Shown one piece after another: positions 1 to 10,310 of a DNA stretch of 64,000 nucleotides; the first letter of the stretch is position 1, and each line of letters begins with the position of its first letter. The stretch spans positions 10,659-74,658 of the forward strand of contig JAISIA010000024.1 of the NCBI GenBank assembly GCA_031262295.1. Direction: 5' to 3'. Below the pieces are notes generated by a model. The model worked only from the letters and a program-made list of their open reading frames with translations. It was not told the origin of the DNA and made no database searches. Made by a program: the position numbers and the translations under genes. The stretch is from Bacteroidales bacterium. Lineage in GTDB: Bacteria; Bacteroidota; Bacteroidia; Bacteroidales; P3.

Positions 1-1776
1 ACGCAAAGCATTCCATATCTTATTGGAAAAGTTTCTTCCTTGTTGGCAATAAGCCTCATCAAATAACAAATCATTACCTGCGGGAGAGGACATAAGCATT
101 CCTACTCTTACTCCGTCAGCTCCGTATTGTTCAATTAGTTTTATTGGGTCTGGACTATTACCCAATTGCTTTGACATCTTCCTTCCTTGTTTGTCTCTTA
201 CAATTCCTGTTAGATAAACATTCCTAAAAGGAATATCATTTCTGTATATCTCTCCTGCAATTATCATTCTTGCAACCCAAAAGAAAAGAATCTCTGGGGC
301 AGTTATTAAATCATTAGTAGGGTAATAATAGTTTATCTCCTCATTATTTGGATAGCGTATGCCATCAAAAACAGATATAGGCCAAAGCCAAGAAGAGAAC
401 CAAGTATCTAAAACATCCTCATCCTGCTTTAAATCATTTATTGTATAATTTTCCTCTGGGAATTTCCTATTTGCAATTTCCAATGCTTCCTTTTCATTTC
501 TTGCAACTACGACCTCTTTATTGGGAAGATAATATGCAGGTATTCTCTGTCCCCACCAAAGTTGCCTACTGATACACCAATCTTTTATGTTTTCCATCCA
601 ATGACGATAGGTGTTTTTAAACTTAGGAGGGTGAAATTTTATAATATCTTTTTCAACTACATCCAAAGCCTTAGTGGAAATATCCTTCATATTTAAGAAC
701 CATTGCAAAGAAAGCTTAGGTTCAATTGCAACAAGGGTTCTTTCAGAAAAGCCTACCTTATTAATATAGTCCTCTGTTTTAACCATAAGACCTGCATTTT
801 CCAAATCCTTTGCAATAATTTTCCTACACACAAACCTATCTAATCCTTCGTATTGTAAGCCATTTTGATTTAAAGTGCCGTCATCATTGAATATATTTAT
901 ACTATCCAACTTATGTTTTAAGCCAATATTATAGTCGTTTATATCATGAGAAGGAGTAATCTTCAATGCCCCTGTTCCAAACTCCTTATCAACATATTCA
1001 TCAAAGATTATAGGTATTACTCTCCCTACAATGGGAACAATAACTCTTTTTTCCTTTAAATGAGTATATCTTTCATCAGTAGGATTTACGCATAAGGCAG
1101 TATCGCCCATTATTGTCTCTGGACGTGTTGTTGCAACACAAATGAATTGTTCTGAATTTTCAATCTTATATTTAAGGTAGTATAGTTTGGAGTTTTGTTC
1201 TTTGAATATAACCTCTTCATCGGATAGGGCGGTAAGAGCCTTAGGATCCCAATTAACCATTCTTACGCCACGATATATTAAGCCTTTGTTGTATAGATCT
1301 ACAAAAACATCAATGACGGATTCATATAATGCTTCCTCCATTGTAAAACGTGTCCTTTTCCAATCACAAGATGCTCCGAGTTTTTTTAATTGCTCTAATA
1401 TTATTCCTCCATGTTTTTCCTTCCATTGCCAAGCATGGGAAAGGAATTCCTCTCTTGTTAAATCCGACTTATTAATTCCTTCCTCTTTTAGTTTGGCTAC
1501 AACTTTGGCTTCTGTTGCAATTGAGGCGTGATCCGTTCCCGGAACCCAGCAAGCGTTCTTTCCCTCCATCCTTGCTCTTCGTATTAATACATCCTGTATT
1601 GTATTGTTGAGCATGTGTCCCATATGTAGTATTCCCGTTACATTAGGTGGAGGGATAACAATAGTGTATGGTTCTCTACTATCAGGCTCTGAATGGAAAA
1701 GATCATTATCCATCCAAATATCATACCATTTTTTCTCTATATCTTCTGCGTTAAACTTTTCTGAAATTGGGTTCAT
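1..1776 (-). CDS. valS: valine--tRNA ligase, N-terminal 592 codons (3' end lies beyond window start)
   Basis: Own minus-strand translation from ATG 1774-1776: [72 protein letters not shown] (ValRS HIGH region). The last in-frame codons at 60..1 read [20 protein letters not shown]. Plus-strand track ORFs 1187..1531 and 1604..1900 are antisense artefacts. Confidence 0.85.
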   Translation of the reverse strand, partial: MNPISEKFNAEDIEKKWYDIWMDNDLFHSEPDSREPYTIVIPPPNVTGILHMGHMLNNTIQDVLIRRARMEGKNACWVPGTDHASIATEAKVVAKLKEEGINKSDLTREEFLSHAWQWKEKHGGIILEQLKKLGASCDWKRTRFTMEEALYESVIDVFVDLYNKGLIYRGVRMVNWDPKALTALSDEEVIFKEQNSKLYYLKYKIENSEQFICVATTRPETIMGDTALCVNPTDERYTHLKEKRVIVPIVGRVIPIIFDEYVDKEFGTGALKITPSHDINDYNIGLKHKLDSINIFNDDGTLNQNGLQYEGLDRFVCRKIIAKDLENAGLMVKTEDYINKVGFSERTLVAIEPKLSLQWFLNMKDISTKALDVVEKDIIKFHPPKFKNTYRHWMENIKDWCISRQLWWGQRIPAYYLPNKEVVVARNEKEALEIANRKFPEENYTINDLKQDEDVLDTWFSSWLWPISVFDGIRYPNNEEINYYYPTNDLITAPEILFFWVARMIIAGEIYRNDIPFRNVYLTGIVRDKQGRKMSKQLGNSPDPIKLIEQYGADGVRVGMLMSSPAGNDLLFDEAYCQQGRNFSNKIWNALR

Positions 1777-1847
1777 AGACTTATTTTCTTCTTATTTTCA
1801 ATTTGCAAAGATAGTTTATTTAAAAATATTAAAGAAAAAATGGTTTT

Positions 1848-3254
1848 TTAAAAATAAATATCCCTTTGTCCCTTGTGGATTGCCTCAACATTTTCTTTGA
1901 TTTTCTCTTGCAGAGCCTTTTGATTGGTTTCCTTTATTAATTTATCAATAAGTAAAAATCCTTTTTCCTTTGTTTTAGGTGATGCAAAATCTTCCAAATA
2001 TTCTTCAAATGTGAATATAGCATTAGGAAAACAATATTGTTTTATAAGTCCCGGTTTAGCCAAATCCATAAAGTCGTGTCCAACTCTTCCATTACGATAG
2101 CACCCTGTGCAGAATGAAGGAATATATCCTGCATCTATTAGCGAAGAAATAACTTCGTCCAAGCTACGTGTATCACCTGTTGAAAATTGTGCTCCACTTT
2201 CTTGGTCGCTATGAGAGTATGAACCCGGATTTGTTTTACTTGCAGCCGAGATTTGACTAACTCCATATTTTATTAGTTCATTTCTCATCATATCATTCTC
2301 TCTTGTGGAGAGTATTATCCCTGTATAAGGGAGGGCAATCCTTAAAATGGCAACAATTTTCTTAAAATCGTCATCACTAACAGGACAAGGTATGTTTTCA
2401 GATAGAGGAGCACCAACGGCATATTCCATTCTTGGAACAGAAACTGTGTGAGGTCCGCATCCGAAGGCTCTTTCTAAGTGATTGGCATGTTCAATCATTG
2501 CAAGGACTTCAAAGCGATAGTCAATCAAACCAAACAAAGCACCAATTCCAACATCATCTATTCCTCCTTCCATTGCTCTATCCATAACCGATAACCTATA
2601 TAAGTAATCCGCCTTTGGTGTTCCGCAAGGATGAAAGTCTTTATATTTTACCTCATCGTATGTTTCTTGGAAACAAACATAAGTTCCAATCTTCTCAGCT
2701 TTTAGTCTTGAAAAGTCATTTACTTCCATTGGAGCTAACTCAACGTTGATTCTCCTTATGTAATCCCTGCCATTGTTCTCTTTTACTTTATAAGTTGTCC
2801 TTATTGCTTCAACCATATAATCTGTTCCGTTGCGATTGTTCTCTCCACAAATTAAAAGAACCCTTTTATGACCTTGTTTTAATAGTGCAGAAGTTTCTTG
2901 TGCAATTTCATCCATTGAAAGAATTGTACGTTTAATTAGGTGATTGTCCTTCCTAAAAGAGCAATATAGGCAGTTATTGACGCAAACATTACCTGTATAA
3001 ATGGGAGCAAACAGCACAAGACGTTTTCCATAAATGCTTTCCTTTACATCCTTTGCTACAAGCATAATTTGTTTTATCAAAGAAGCATCTTCAACACGGA
3101 GTAATTGAGCTACATCTTCCAAAGATAATCCTTTTAATTTGGAAGCCTTATTTAATATGTTTTCAAATTCTGTTTTTGAGGGAGCTTTTCCTTCAATCAT
3201 ATTGTAGAGTTTATCTCTATCAATAAAATTCTTTCCTCTTTCTTCTTTATTCAT
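1848..3254 (-). CDS. hydG: [FeFe]-hydrogenase maturase HydG (radical SAM tyrosine lyase)
   Basis: 468 aa. Radical-SAM motif CVNNCLYCSF. C-terminal auxiliary-cluster motif FCTGCYRNGR...QYCFPNA is typical of HydG rather than the shorter ThiH. Confidence 0.75.
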   Translation of the reverse strand: MNKEERGKNFIDRDKLYNMIEGKAPSKTEFENILNKASKLKGLSLEDVAQLLRVEDASLIKQIMLVAKDVKESIYGKRLVLFAPIYTGNVCVNNCLYCSFRKDNHLIKRTILSMDEIAQETSALLKQGHKRVLLICGENNRNGTDYMVEAIRTTYKVKENNGRDYIRRINVELAPMEVNDFSRLKAEKIGTYVCFQETYDEVKYKDFHPCGTPKADYLYRLSVMDRAMEGGIDDVGIGALFGLIDYRFEVLAMIEHANHLERAFGCGPHTVSVPRMEYAVGAPLSENIPCPVSDDDFKKIVAILRIALPYTGIILSTRENDMMRNELIKYGVSQISAASKTNPGSYSHSDQESGAQFSTGDTRSLDEVISSLIDAGYIPSFCTGCYRNGRVGHDFMDLAKPGLIKQYCFPNAIFTFEEYLEDFASPKTKEKGFLLIDKLIKETNQKALQEKIKENVEAIHKGQRDIYF

Positions 3255-3300
3255 ATTATATATATTTTTCTTTAAAAGTTTTTATTCTTATAAAACAAAA

Positions 3301-3546
3301 CTATTGTTTTGCCAAAAAAGCCTTTGCATAAACGCCTTCTAATCTTCCTAATTTACCTGTTAGAGAATTAATCTTATCTGTTGAAGCCTCTATTATAAGA
3401 GTTATTATGCTCATATTTTTCTCTACAAGAGGAAGACCATAACGTGAAAGAATGTATTGGGAATTTAAGGATAGTAAATCATTTATAGCATTTACGCTAT
3501 CCTTATTATGAATCATAATAGAAATTACTGCAATTCTCTTTTCCAT
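3301..3546 (-). CDS. TM1266-family putative iron-only hydrogenase system regulator (small ACT-like protein)
   Basis: 81 aa, immediately upstream of hydG on the same strand. Size and sequence (RIAVISIMIHNKDS...LPLVEKNMSIITLIIEAS) fit the small regulator usually linked to hydEFG. Confidence 0.55.
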   Translation of the reverse strand: MEKRIAVISIMIHNKDSVNAINDLLSLNSQYILSRYGLPLVEKNMSIITLIIEASTDKINSLTGKLGRLEGVYAKAFLAKQ

Positions 3547-3889
3547 TAGCTTTCTTTTGGATTAGATTATTTTTAATTAGTTTTCTTTTCTTTATCCTTT
3601 ACTTTGAATAGAGATTAATTTTTCTATTCTTAGATAGGATTATCTATAACGCAAAATTACTATATTATTATCTATATAAAAGAAAAACTATAATTTATTT
3701 ATTTTTTATTTTGTTTTATAGCTATTTACAAACACATTAATTCTTATTAAATGGTTAAAAAAATAATTTTTTGCGTTATTTAATAATAATTTTAACAAAA
3801 TAACGTTTGTTTTTGTCGGCGTATAAATTGATAAAAATCACAATATACATAATAAAAAAATAAAGTAAGTTTCAATTAAAACAGGGATA

Positions 3890-5083
3890 ATGAATTTAAA
3901 AAACGTTTTTTCGTCAATATTTTTTCTAATAACTATAAGCCTTTTTTCTAATTCTATGTTTGCACAAGGTGGATTAGATAATGATAATCTTGGAGAGATA
4001 ATCCTTCGTCAGCAAATAGAAGATGGGGCAAGAATAATTAGTACAGGTGTTCCTGTTTTGCTTATTGCTCCTGATTCTCGTGCAGGATCAATGGGTGATA
4101 TTGGTGCTGCAACAACTCCTGATGTAAATTCCATACATTGGAATGCTGCAAAGTTGGCATTTATTGACAAAAAAGTTGGAATATCCCTAACCTACACTCC
4201 TTGGCTTAGAGATATTGTTGGTGATATTGACCTTTCTTATCTTTCAGCTTTCTATAAAGTAAATCAGCGTAGTGCAATAGGAGGCTCACTTACATATTTT
4301 TCTTTGGGAGGTATAGATTTTTATGATGTAAATGGAGAAAATAAAGGGAATTTTAAGCCTAATGAGTTTGCAATTGATTTAGCTTATTCAATGAAATTAA
4401 CAGATAATCTCTCTGCATCAGTGACAGGAAGGTATATTCGTTCAGATTTAACACAAGGACAAAATGTAGGAACTTCCACTTCTCACGCTGCAAACGCCTT
4501 TGGTGCAGATATAGGAATTTATTATCAAAAAGAATTATCCTCAGGTGAAAACGCTTCATCTTATGCCATAGGTTTGCAAATTGCAAATCTTGGTTCTAAA
4601 ATATCATATTCAGAATCTTTAGAGTCGGAATTTCAACCTGCCAACCTAAGAATTGGAGGAAGATATACTATGGACTTTAATCAATTCAACACTCTTTCCT
4701 TTATGGTTGATTTTAATAAGCTCTTAGTGCCAACACCTGCTGTTTATGATTCCGCAGGAAACATAGTTGCGGGAATGGATAATCATGTTAGTGTTATGCA
4801 AGGAGCAATACAATCCTTCTATGATGCTCCTAATGGATTTACAGAAGAGTTGCAAGAAATAAATATTTCTGCTGGTGCAGAATGGGTATATAATAAGTTC
4901 CTATTTCTAAGAGCAGGTTATTTCTATGAAAACAATAAAAAAGGAGGAAGAAGATATGTCACCTTTGGAGGAGGATTTAAATATAATGTATTGAATTTGG
5001 ACATTGCTTATTTAGTACCAACAGTAAATACAAACCACCCTTTAAAGAACACATTAAGAATATCTCTTAGCTTTGACATATAA
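3890..5083 (+). CDS. porV: type IX secretion outer-membrane protein PorV/LptO-like
   Basis: 397 aa with a signal peptide. The N-terminal motif STGVPVLLIAPDSRAGSMGDIGAATTPD and beta-barrel-like alternating sequence are characteristic of the PorV/PorQ family. Confidence 0.6.
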   Translation: MNLKNVFSSIFFLITISLFSNSMFAQGGLDNDNLGEIILRQQIEDGARIISTGVPVLLIAPDSRAGSMGDIGAATTPDVNSIHWNAAKLAFIDKKVGISLTYTPWLRDIVGDIDLSYLSAFYKVNQRSAIGGSLTYFSLGGIDFYDVNGENKGNFKPNEFAIDLAYSMKLTDNLSASVTGRYIRSDLTQGQNVGTSTSHAANAFGADIGIYYQKELSSGENASSYAIGLQIANLGSKISYSESLESEFQPANLRIGGRYTMDFNQFNTLSFMVDFNKLLVPTPAVYDSAGNIVAGMDNHVSVMQGAIQSFYDAPNGFTEELQEINISAGAEWVYNKFLFLRAGYFYENNKKGGRRYVTFGGGFKYNVLNLDIAYLVPTVNTNHPLKNTLRISLSFDI

Positions 5084-5085
5084 AA

Positions 5086-5565
5086 ATGAAAAATAAGGTA
5101 GGCATAGGTTATGATGTCCATAAATTAAAGGAAGGATTGCCCCTTTTTATTGGAGGAATACAAATTGAACATAACAAAGGAGCAGAGGGACATTCCGACA
5201 GTGATGTTCTCATTCATGCAATCATTGATGCTCTTTTGGGAGCTGCCTCTTTAAGAGATATAGGCTTTAATTACCCTGATAGTGATCAAAAGTATAAAGG
5301 AATAGATTCTAAAATACTTTTAAAAGATACCCTAAATAAAATAAAAGAAAAAGGCTTTTGTATAGAAAATATTGACTCTATTGTTGTTTTGCAAGAACCC
5401 AAAATAGGGATTTATATCCCTAAAATGCAAAGCACAATAGCCAATATTTTGAATATAGATGTTGATGATGTATCTATAAAGGCTACAACAACAGAACATC
5501 TTGGCTTTGTAGGGCAAAAAGAAGGCGTAGCCTCTTATGCTATTTGTATGCTTTCAAAGCCCTAA
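5086..5565 (+). CDS. ispF: 2-C-methyl-D-erythritol 2,4-cyclodiphosphate synthase
   Basis: 159 aa. Motifs GIGYDVHKL, GHSDSDVLIHAIIDALLGA and YKGIDSKILL. Lies 2 nt after porV. Confidence 0.9.
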   Translation: MKNKVGIGYDVHKLKEGLPLFIGGIQIEHNKGAEGHSDSDVLIHAIIDALLGAASLRDIGFNYPDSDQKYKGIDSKILLKDTLNKIKEKGFCIENIDSIVVLQEPKIGIYIPKMQSTIANILNIDVDDVSIKATTTEHLGFVGQKEGVASYAICMLSKP

Positions 5566-5603
5566 TTCTATAATTTCTATAAAATATTATAAAAATCCTG
5601 CAA

Positions 5604-6968
5604 CTATTGTTTTGCAAATTCCTTATAGAAATGAGGAATTGTTTCTATTCCTTTTAGGAATTGATTAACAGGATAGCTTTCATTTGGAGAATGTATCGCA
5701 TCTGCGGAAAGTCCAAAGCCCATAAGTATGGATTTTATTCCCAATATCCTTTCAAAACCTGCAACAATTGGAATTGAACCTCCACTTTTAGTTGGGATAG
5801 GACGTTTTCCATAAACTTTTTCGTATGCTTTCTCTGCTGCCTTATAAGCAGGCATATCAATAGGTGAAACATAAGGATAGCCACCATGCAAAGGTGTCAC
5901 CTTAACTCTTACACCTTTTGGAGCAAGACTAAGAAAATACTTTTCAAATCTTTCTGTTATTATATTGAAATCCTGATCTGGAACTAAGCGAAAGGAAATC
6001 TTTGCGTGTGCTGATGAAGGAATAATTGTTTTAGAACCCTCTCCCTGATAGCCTCCCCAAATTCCGCAAACATCCAATGAAGGTCTTATTCCTGTTCTTT
6101 CTATTGTTGAATATCCCTTTTCTCCAAATACATCATCAATATCAAGCTCTTTTTTGTAGTTTTCCTCATTGTATGGAGCCTGAGCCATTAGTTTTCTTTC
6201 CTCATCCGAAATAACTAAGACCTCCTTATAGAAATCAGGAACTGTAATATGATTATTTTCATCCATAAGTTTTGAAATCATACCACACAATACATTAATT
6301 GGATTAGCAACAGCACCTCCATAAATACCAGAATGAAGATCCCTATCTGCACCTATAACTTCTACTTCAACATAACCCAATCCTCTTAATCCAGTTGTTA
6401 TAGATGGTGTATCCTCTCCTATCATTGAAGTGTCGGAAACAAGTATTATATCTGCTTTTAAAAGGTCTTTGTTCTTTTGACAAAAAGCATATAAGTTTTC
6501 AGAGCCTATCTCCTCCTCTCCTTCTAACATAAACTTTACATTAGTTGGCAATTGGTTTGTCTTAACCATATATTCAAAAGCCTTAGCATGCATAAAGGAT
6601 TGTCCCTTGTCATCATCTGCACCACGAGCATAAATTTTTCCATCTTTTATAATAGCTTTGAACGGGTCAGAATGCCATTGCTCAATAGGATCAACAGGCA
6701 TTACATCATAATGTCCATAAACCAAGACTGTCTTTTTTGTTGGGTCAATAATCTTTTCTGCATATACAACACTATTACCCTTTGTTGGCATTATATTACA
6801 ATAATCTACTCCTGCATTTATAAGCAATTCCTTCCATTTTTGAGCACATCTTTCCATATCTTGCTTATGTTCGTGCATAGAAGATATAGAAGGAATACTT
6901 ATAAGAGAGAATAGCTCATCAAAAAATCTGTCCTTGTTTTGTTCAATGTATTGTTTTAATGTTTCCAT
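5604..6968 (-). CDS. M20-family dipeptidase
   Basis: 454 aa. Motifs YGHYDVMPVDP, ARGADDDKGQ and LEGEEEIGS, typical of M20/ArgE-DapE-type metallopeptidases. Confidence 0.8.
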   Translation of the reverse strand: METLKQYIEQNKDRFFDELFSLISIPSISSMHEHKQDMERCAQKWKELLINAGVDYCNIMPTKGNSVVYAEKIIDPTKKTVLVYGHYDVMPVDPIEQWHSDPFKAIIKDGKIYARGADDDKGQSFMHAKAFEYMVKTNQLPTNVKFMLEGEEEIGSENLYAFCQKNKDLLKADIILVSDTSMIGEDTPSITTGLRGLGYVEVEVIGADRDLHSGIYGGAVANPINVLCGMISKLMDENNHITVPDFYKEVLVISDEERKLMAQAPYNEENYKKELDIDDVFGEKGYSTIERTGIRPSLDVCGIWGGYQGEGSKTIIPSSAHAKISFRLVPDQDFNIITERFEKYFLSLAPKGVRVKVTPLHGGYPYVSPIDMPAYKAAEKAYEKVYGKRPIPTKSGGSIPIVAGFERILGIKSILMGFGLSADAIHSPNESYPVNQFLKGIETIPHFYKEFAKQ

Positions 6969-7048
6969 GTTTAAAATTTATTTCTTTTTATTATTAAATT
7001 ATCTTTTCTACAATAATATTATATTGCATAAAAAAATTTAAAAAACTA

Positions 7049-7471
7049 TTATCTATGTGGTAATTTATCCTCCTGTATTGGAGTAGGAAATACATAATCC
7101 TTAATAATTGTGACACCATTAAAGTTTCTCTTTAACTTAATATAAGTTCCATAAGCATCCAACTTAGTTTTGTAATCGCCACATTTAACTATAAAGTTTG
7201 GTTCTTCAAAAAGCACATAAACCTTTAAGGATGGTAATTCATTATTTATTTTTTCCCTAAGAGAAAACGCTTTTTGCTTTGCACCTTCTCCTGAAAAAAA
7301 TCCTACTCTTATGCGATAACCCGGTTGAGTTTGAGAAAGCTCATTAAATAGTATATGTTGTTCCAATATGGTTTGTAACTTTCCATCGGCTATAACCTCA
7401 ACTTGTGCATTTGTTAAGGAAAAGGAAGAAAGAAAAACGATAAATAGGAATAGTTGCTTATAAAATTTCAT
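7049..7471 (-). CDS. SPOR domain-containing secreted protein
   Basis: Start trimmed to MKFYKQLFLFIVFLSSF (signal peptide; ATG complement 7469-7471), which avoids overlap with the upstream gene. The C-terminal GYRIRVGFFSG...KCGDYKTKLDA resembles a SPOR fold. Confidence 0.6.
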   Translation of the reverse strand: MKFYKQLFLFIVFLSSFSLTNAQVEVIADGKLQTILEQHILFNELSQTQPGYRIRVGFFSGEGAKQKAFSLREKINNELPSLKVYVLFEEPNFIVKCGDYKTKLDAYGTYIKLKRNFNGVTIIKDYVFPTPIQEDKLPHR

Positions 7472-7487
7472 ATTAATTATCTTATTT

Positions 7488-8309
7488 TTATTTAGCCGCA
7501 CCATGCAATTGTTTAATTGGAACAACAAGTACAGGGAATGGAGATAGGTTTATCATCTGTTGAGCATAAGGTCCTAAGAAGAAAAGATTGTTTAATGTCT
7601 TTTCTTGTTCTGTTGTTATAACTATTAGGTCAGCATTTATCTCCTTTGCATATTCAATTGTTGAATCTGTAATGTTTCTTGAATTAACGTAATGTTCAGT
7701 ATGAGCAACATTATGCTGGGTTAAAAAATTATCAACGCTTAAAACATAACTTACAACATCGTGTCTTATATCTGGAATTGTTGAGGTTTGAACTCCCAAA
7801 ATATTAACTTGTGAATGTGGAAACATCTTTGCAAATTCAATTGTCCAAGGAACCTTTTGCCTTGTATCCTTTGTTGAGTCTATTGGAAGGACTATCTTTT
7901 CAAGGTTTTTATTAAAATTAAAGTTTTCCCTAACTATTAGGACAGGAATATTACTTTCGGTAACTACCTTAAAGGCATTTTGTCCTGCATACTTTTCATC
8001 ATAACCGCCCTTACCATGAGCACCTATTACAATCAAGTCTGGATTCTCCAACTTAGATAAATTGCTCATGGCTTGATAGACCTTACCTTGTGAAATTATG
8101 TATGAGATATTTTTCCCATTTAAATTTCCTTCATTTTCCTTTGCTAAAAGAATTAGCTTTTGTTCAGCCTCATCTTTATCCATTTCTTTTGTTTGCACCC
8201 AAAGCATTAATATGTCTGCTCCTGTACGATTGGCTATATCAATTGCAAGTCTTAGTGCAACCAAAGACGAATTTGAAAAATCTATTCCAACAATAATTTG
8301 TTTCATCAT
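7488..8309 (-). CDS. tandem-domain universal stress protein (UspA family)
   Basis: 273 aa. Two Usp-like halves (IIVGIDFSNSS...LIVIGAHGKGG and IVLPIDSTKD...DLIVITTEQ). Confidence 0.75.
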   Translation of the reverse strand: MMKQIIVGIDFSNSSLVALRLAIDIANRTGADILMLWVQTKEMDKDEAEQKLILLAKENEGNLNGKNISYIISQGKVYQAMSNLSKLENPDLIVIGAHGKGGYDEKYAGQNAFKVVTESNIPVLIVRENFNFNKNLEKIVLPIDSTKDTRQKVPWTIEFAKMFPHSQVNILGVQTSTIPDIRHDVVSYVLSVDNFLTQHNVAHTEHYVNSRNITDSTIEYAKEINADLIVITTEQEKTLNNLFFLGPYAQQMINLSPFPVLVVPIKQLHGAAK

Positions 8310-8378
8310 AACATTTCTTTTTTTTGATTTTTATAACTTAAAAAATTTACTTTTTAATTGGTTTTAATTTTTAATTAT

Positions 8379-8386
8379 TAACTTTG
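8379..8386 (+). promoter_or_regulatory. -7 box upstream of ruvB
   Basis: TAACTTTG, 87 nt before ATG 8474. Confidence 0.35.
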
Positions 8387-8473
8387 CAGAAAACAATTTT
8401 AACCATTTAAAATTTGGCACAAATATAAATCAAAATTATTAATACTGCAAATAATTTAAATAAATTATTTATA

Positions 8474-9511
8474 ATGAACGAAAATTTAGACCCCAAAAGT
8501 CAAAGATTAAACAATACAGAGAAAGACTTTGAAAGGGCTTTACGTCCTTTAAGTTTTGATAGTTTTACAGGACAAGAGCAGATAATTGAAAACCTTAAAA
8601 TATTCGTTCAAGCGGCAAAAGAAAGAAAAGAAAGCTTAGATCATGTCCTACTGCATGGTCCTCCCGGTCTTGGAAAAACAACCCTATCTCATATTATAGC
8701 AAACGAATTAGGCGTAAATCTAAAACTAACCTCTGGTCCAGTCTTAGATAAGCCCGGAGAATTGGCTGGAATACTTACTAACTTGGAAGAAAACGATGTC
8801 CTATTTATTGATGAAATACATCGGCTTTCACCAATTGTTGAAGAGTACTTGTATTCTGCTATGGAGGATTATAAAATTGATATTCTCATTGAAACAGGTC
8901 CTAATGCTCGTAGCGTACAAATTGCTTTAAGCCCCTTTACATTAATTGGAGCAACAACGCGTTCAGGACTACTAACTGCCCCTTTACGCTCCCGCTTTGG
9001 CATAACTTCACGTTTGCAATACTACGATCATAAAACACTAAACAGAATTATACTTCGCTCTGCATCCATACTCAATACCCCAATAAGCGATGAGGCTTCT
9101 ATGGAAATTGCCAGAAGAAGTAGAGGAACACCTCGTATAGCTAATCTACTTTTAAGGCGTTTGAGAGATTTTGCTCAAATAAAAGGAGACGGGAAAATAA
9201 ATTTGGAAATTGCAGTTATGGCATTAAAAGCATTGAATGTTGATAAACACGGCTTGGATGAAATGGATAATAGAATACTAAGTGCAATTATAGATAAGTT
9301 TAAAGGAGGTCCTGTGGGAATAACAACAATTGCAACAGCAGTAGGAGAAGATGCTGGAACAATAGAAGAGGTTTATGAACCCTTCCTAATACAAGAAGGA
9401 TTCCTTATGAGAACATCTCGCGGAAGAGAAGTGACACCTTTGGCTTATCAACACTTGGGAAAAAACTACATTTCCAAACAAAATACCGCATCATTGTTTG
9501 ATGGAGAATAA
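8474..9511 (+). CDS. ruvB: Holliday junction branch migration DNA helicase RuvB
   Basis: 345 aa. Motifs [13 protein letters not shown], Walker [18 protein letters not shown] and [13 protein letters not shown]. Confidence 0.95.
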   Translation: MNENLDPKSQRLNNTEKDFERALRPLSFDSFTGQEQIIENLKIFVQAAKERKESLDHVLLHGPPGLGKTTLSHIIANELGVNLKLTSGPVLDKPGELAGILTNLEENDVLFIDEIHRLSPIVEEYLYSAMEDYKIDILIETGPNARSVQIALSPFTLIGATTRSGLLTAPLRSRFGITSRLQYYDHKTLNRIILRSASILNTPISDEASMEIARRSRGTPRIANLLLRRLRDFAQIKGDGKINLEIAVMALKALNVDKHGLDEMDNRILSAIIDKFKGGPVGITTIATAVGEDAGTIEEVYEPFLIQEGFLMRTSRGREVTPLAYQHLGKNYISKQNTASLFDGE

Positions 9512-9595
9512 TTAATCTTAATGTTTTCAAAAAAAATATTACCTTTGCCAAATAAATAATAATACTTAGTCTAACCCTTATTAAAATTAAAGATA

Positions 9596-10033
9596 ATGAA
9601 AAGAATTATTTTTTTTACCATATTAGCAATATCATTGTGTTTTTATAATAATATATTTTCTCAATCCATAGATGAGAGTTGTAAAATCATAGAAACTGAG
9701 GTAAAGGATGGAATTTACAATAATTTTTCTGTTAATTCCAATGGTTTTTTAACCTATAATTGGGTGGATAAAAAAAGTGATTCTCAAACCTTAATAACAA
9801 TTGATTTAACAAAGGTTAGAATAACAAAAGACGTTTCTCAAAGAGGATATAGGGTTTTTATAAATTGTATGGATGAAATAGATTGTATAAATGAAAAAGG
9901 CAGGCTTTCATCTAACGAAAACTACTATTCCGACTTCTCAAAAACATATATCCCAGCAAAAGATGAAAAAGGAATGATTGCAATATACAATCACCTACTA
10001 TTTCTTCTAAAATGGGGAAATACAAACAAGTAA
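9596..10033 (+). CDS. hypothetical secreted protein
   Basis: 145 aa with an N-terminal signal peptide; no family recognised. A TACCTTTG box lies at 9540-9547. Confidence 0.5.
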   Translation: MKRIIFFTILAISLCFYNNIFSQSIDESCKIIETEVKDGIYNNFSVNSNGFLTYNWVDKKSDSQTLITIDLTKVRITKDVSQRGYRVFINCMDEIDCINEKGRLSSNENYYSDFSKTYIPAKDEKGMIAIYNHLLFLLKWGNTNK

Positions 10034-10036
10034 TTA

Positions 10037-10275
10037 CCCGCAACGGGCATTTAATTGTCCTAACGGAAGTCTGCTTGTCGGCAACCGACTTTTAATTCGT
10101 CCTAACGGAAGTCTGGTTTTATATTTATAAGTTTATAATTCAACAAAAATATTTCTTCGTTTCAGCAAATTAAATCTTCGTTTTAAAAAATTATTTCTTC
10201 GTTTTAGTAAATTAAAACGCTGTTTTAGTAAATTATTTCTTCGTTTTAAAAAATTAAAACAGCGTTTTAGAAAAA
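10037..10275 (-). repeat. intergenic repeat locus A: 2 hairpin units + 6 phased 21-bp repeats
   Basis: Hairpin units lie at 10037-10074 and 10075-10116 (cccgcaacggg / gtcggcaaccgac, each followed by gtcctaacggaagtctg). Six exact 21-bp register units lie at 10150-10275 (tatttcttcgttttagtaaat / taaaacgctgttttagtaaat types). Orientation is opposite to loci C and G. Confidence 0.9.
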
Positions 10276-10310
10276 TAGGATTATGAAGAATAAATTTTAA
10301 AATTTTACAA

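Noticed and set aside
1187-1900. Plus-strand track ORFs 1187..1531 and 1604..1900.
   Set aside because: They lie antisense to a clearly readable valS frame and have low-complexity composition with no motifs.
3646-3779. 11-bp inverted repeat ataacgcaaaa (3646-3656) / ttttgcgttat (3769-3779) in the divergent hyd-regulator/porV intergenic region. I considered an operator pair.
   Set aside because: The arms are 112 bp apart, there is only one instance, and the estimated significance is marginal. It is worth noting but not supportable as a feature.
3835-3852. Identical 18-mer aaatcacaatatacataa upstream of porV and again at 25811-25828 upstream of the ATPase module. I considered a shared regulatory motif.
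   Set aside because: A rough expectation for an exact 18-mer match somewhere in 64 kb of sequence this AT-rich is of order one. The flanks do not align, so it cannot be distinguished from chance.
10150-10275. Could the 21-bp tandem arrays (here and at 16889, 27811, 34741, 47193, 63171) be CRISPR arrays?
   Set aside because: The period is only 21 bp and there are no unique spacers between repeats. The units themselves alternate between two or three core types. No cas genes are in the window.
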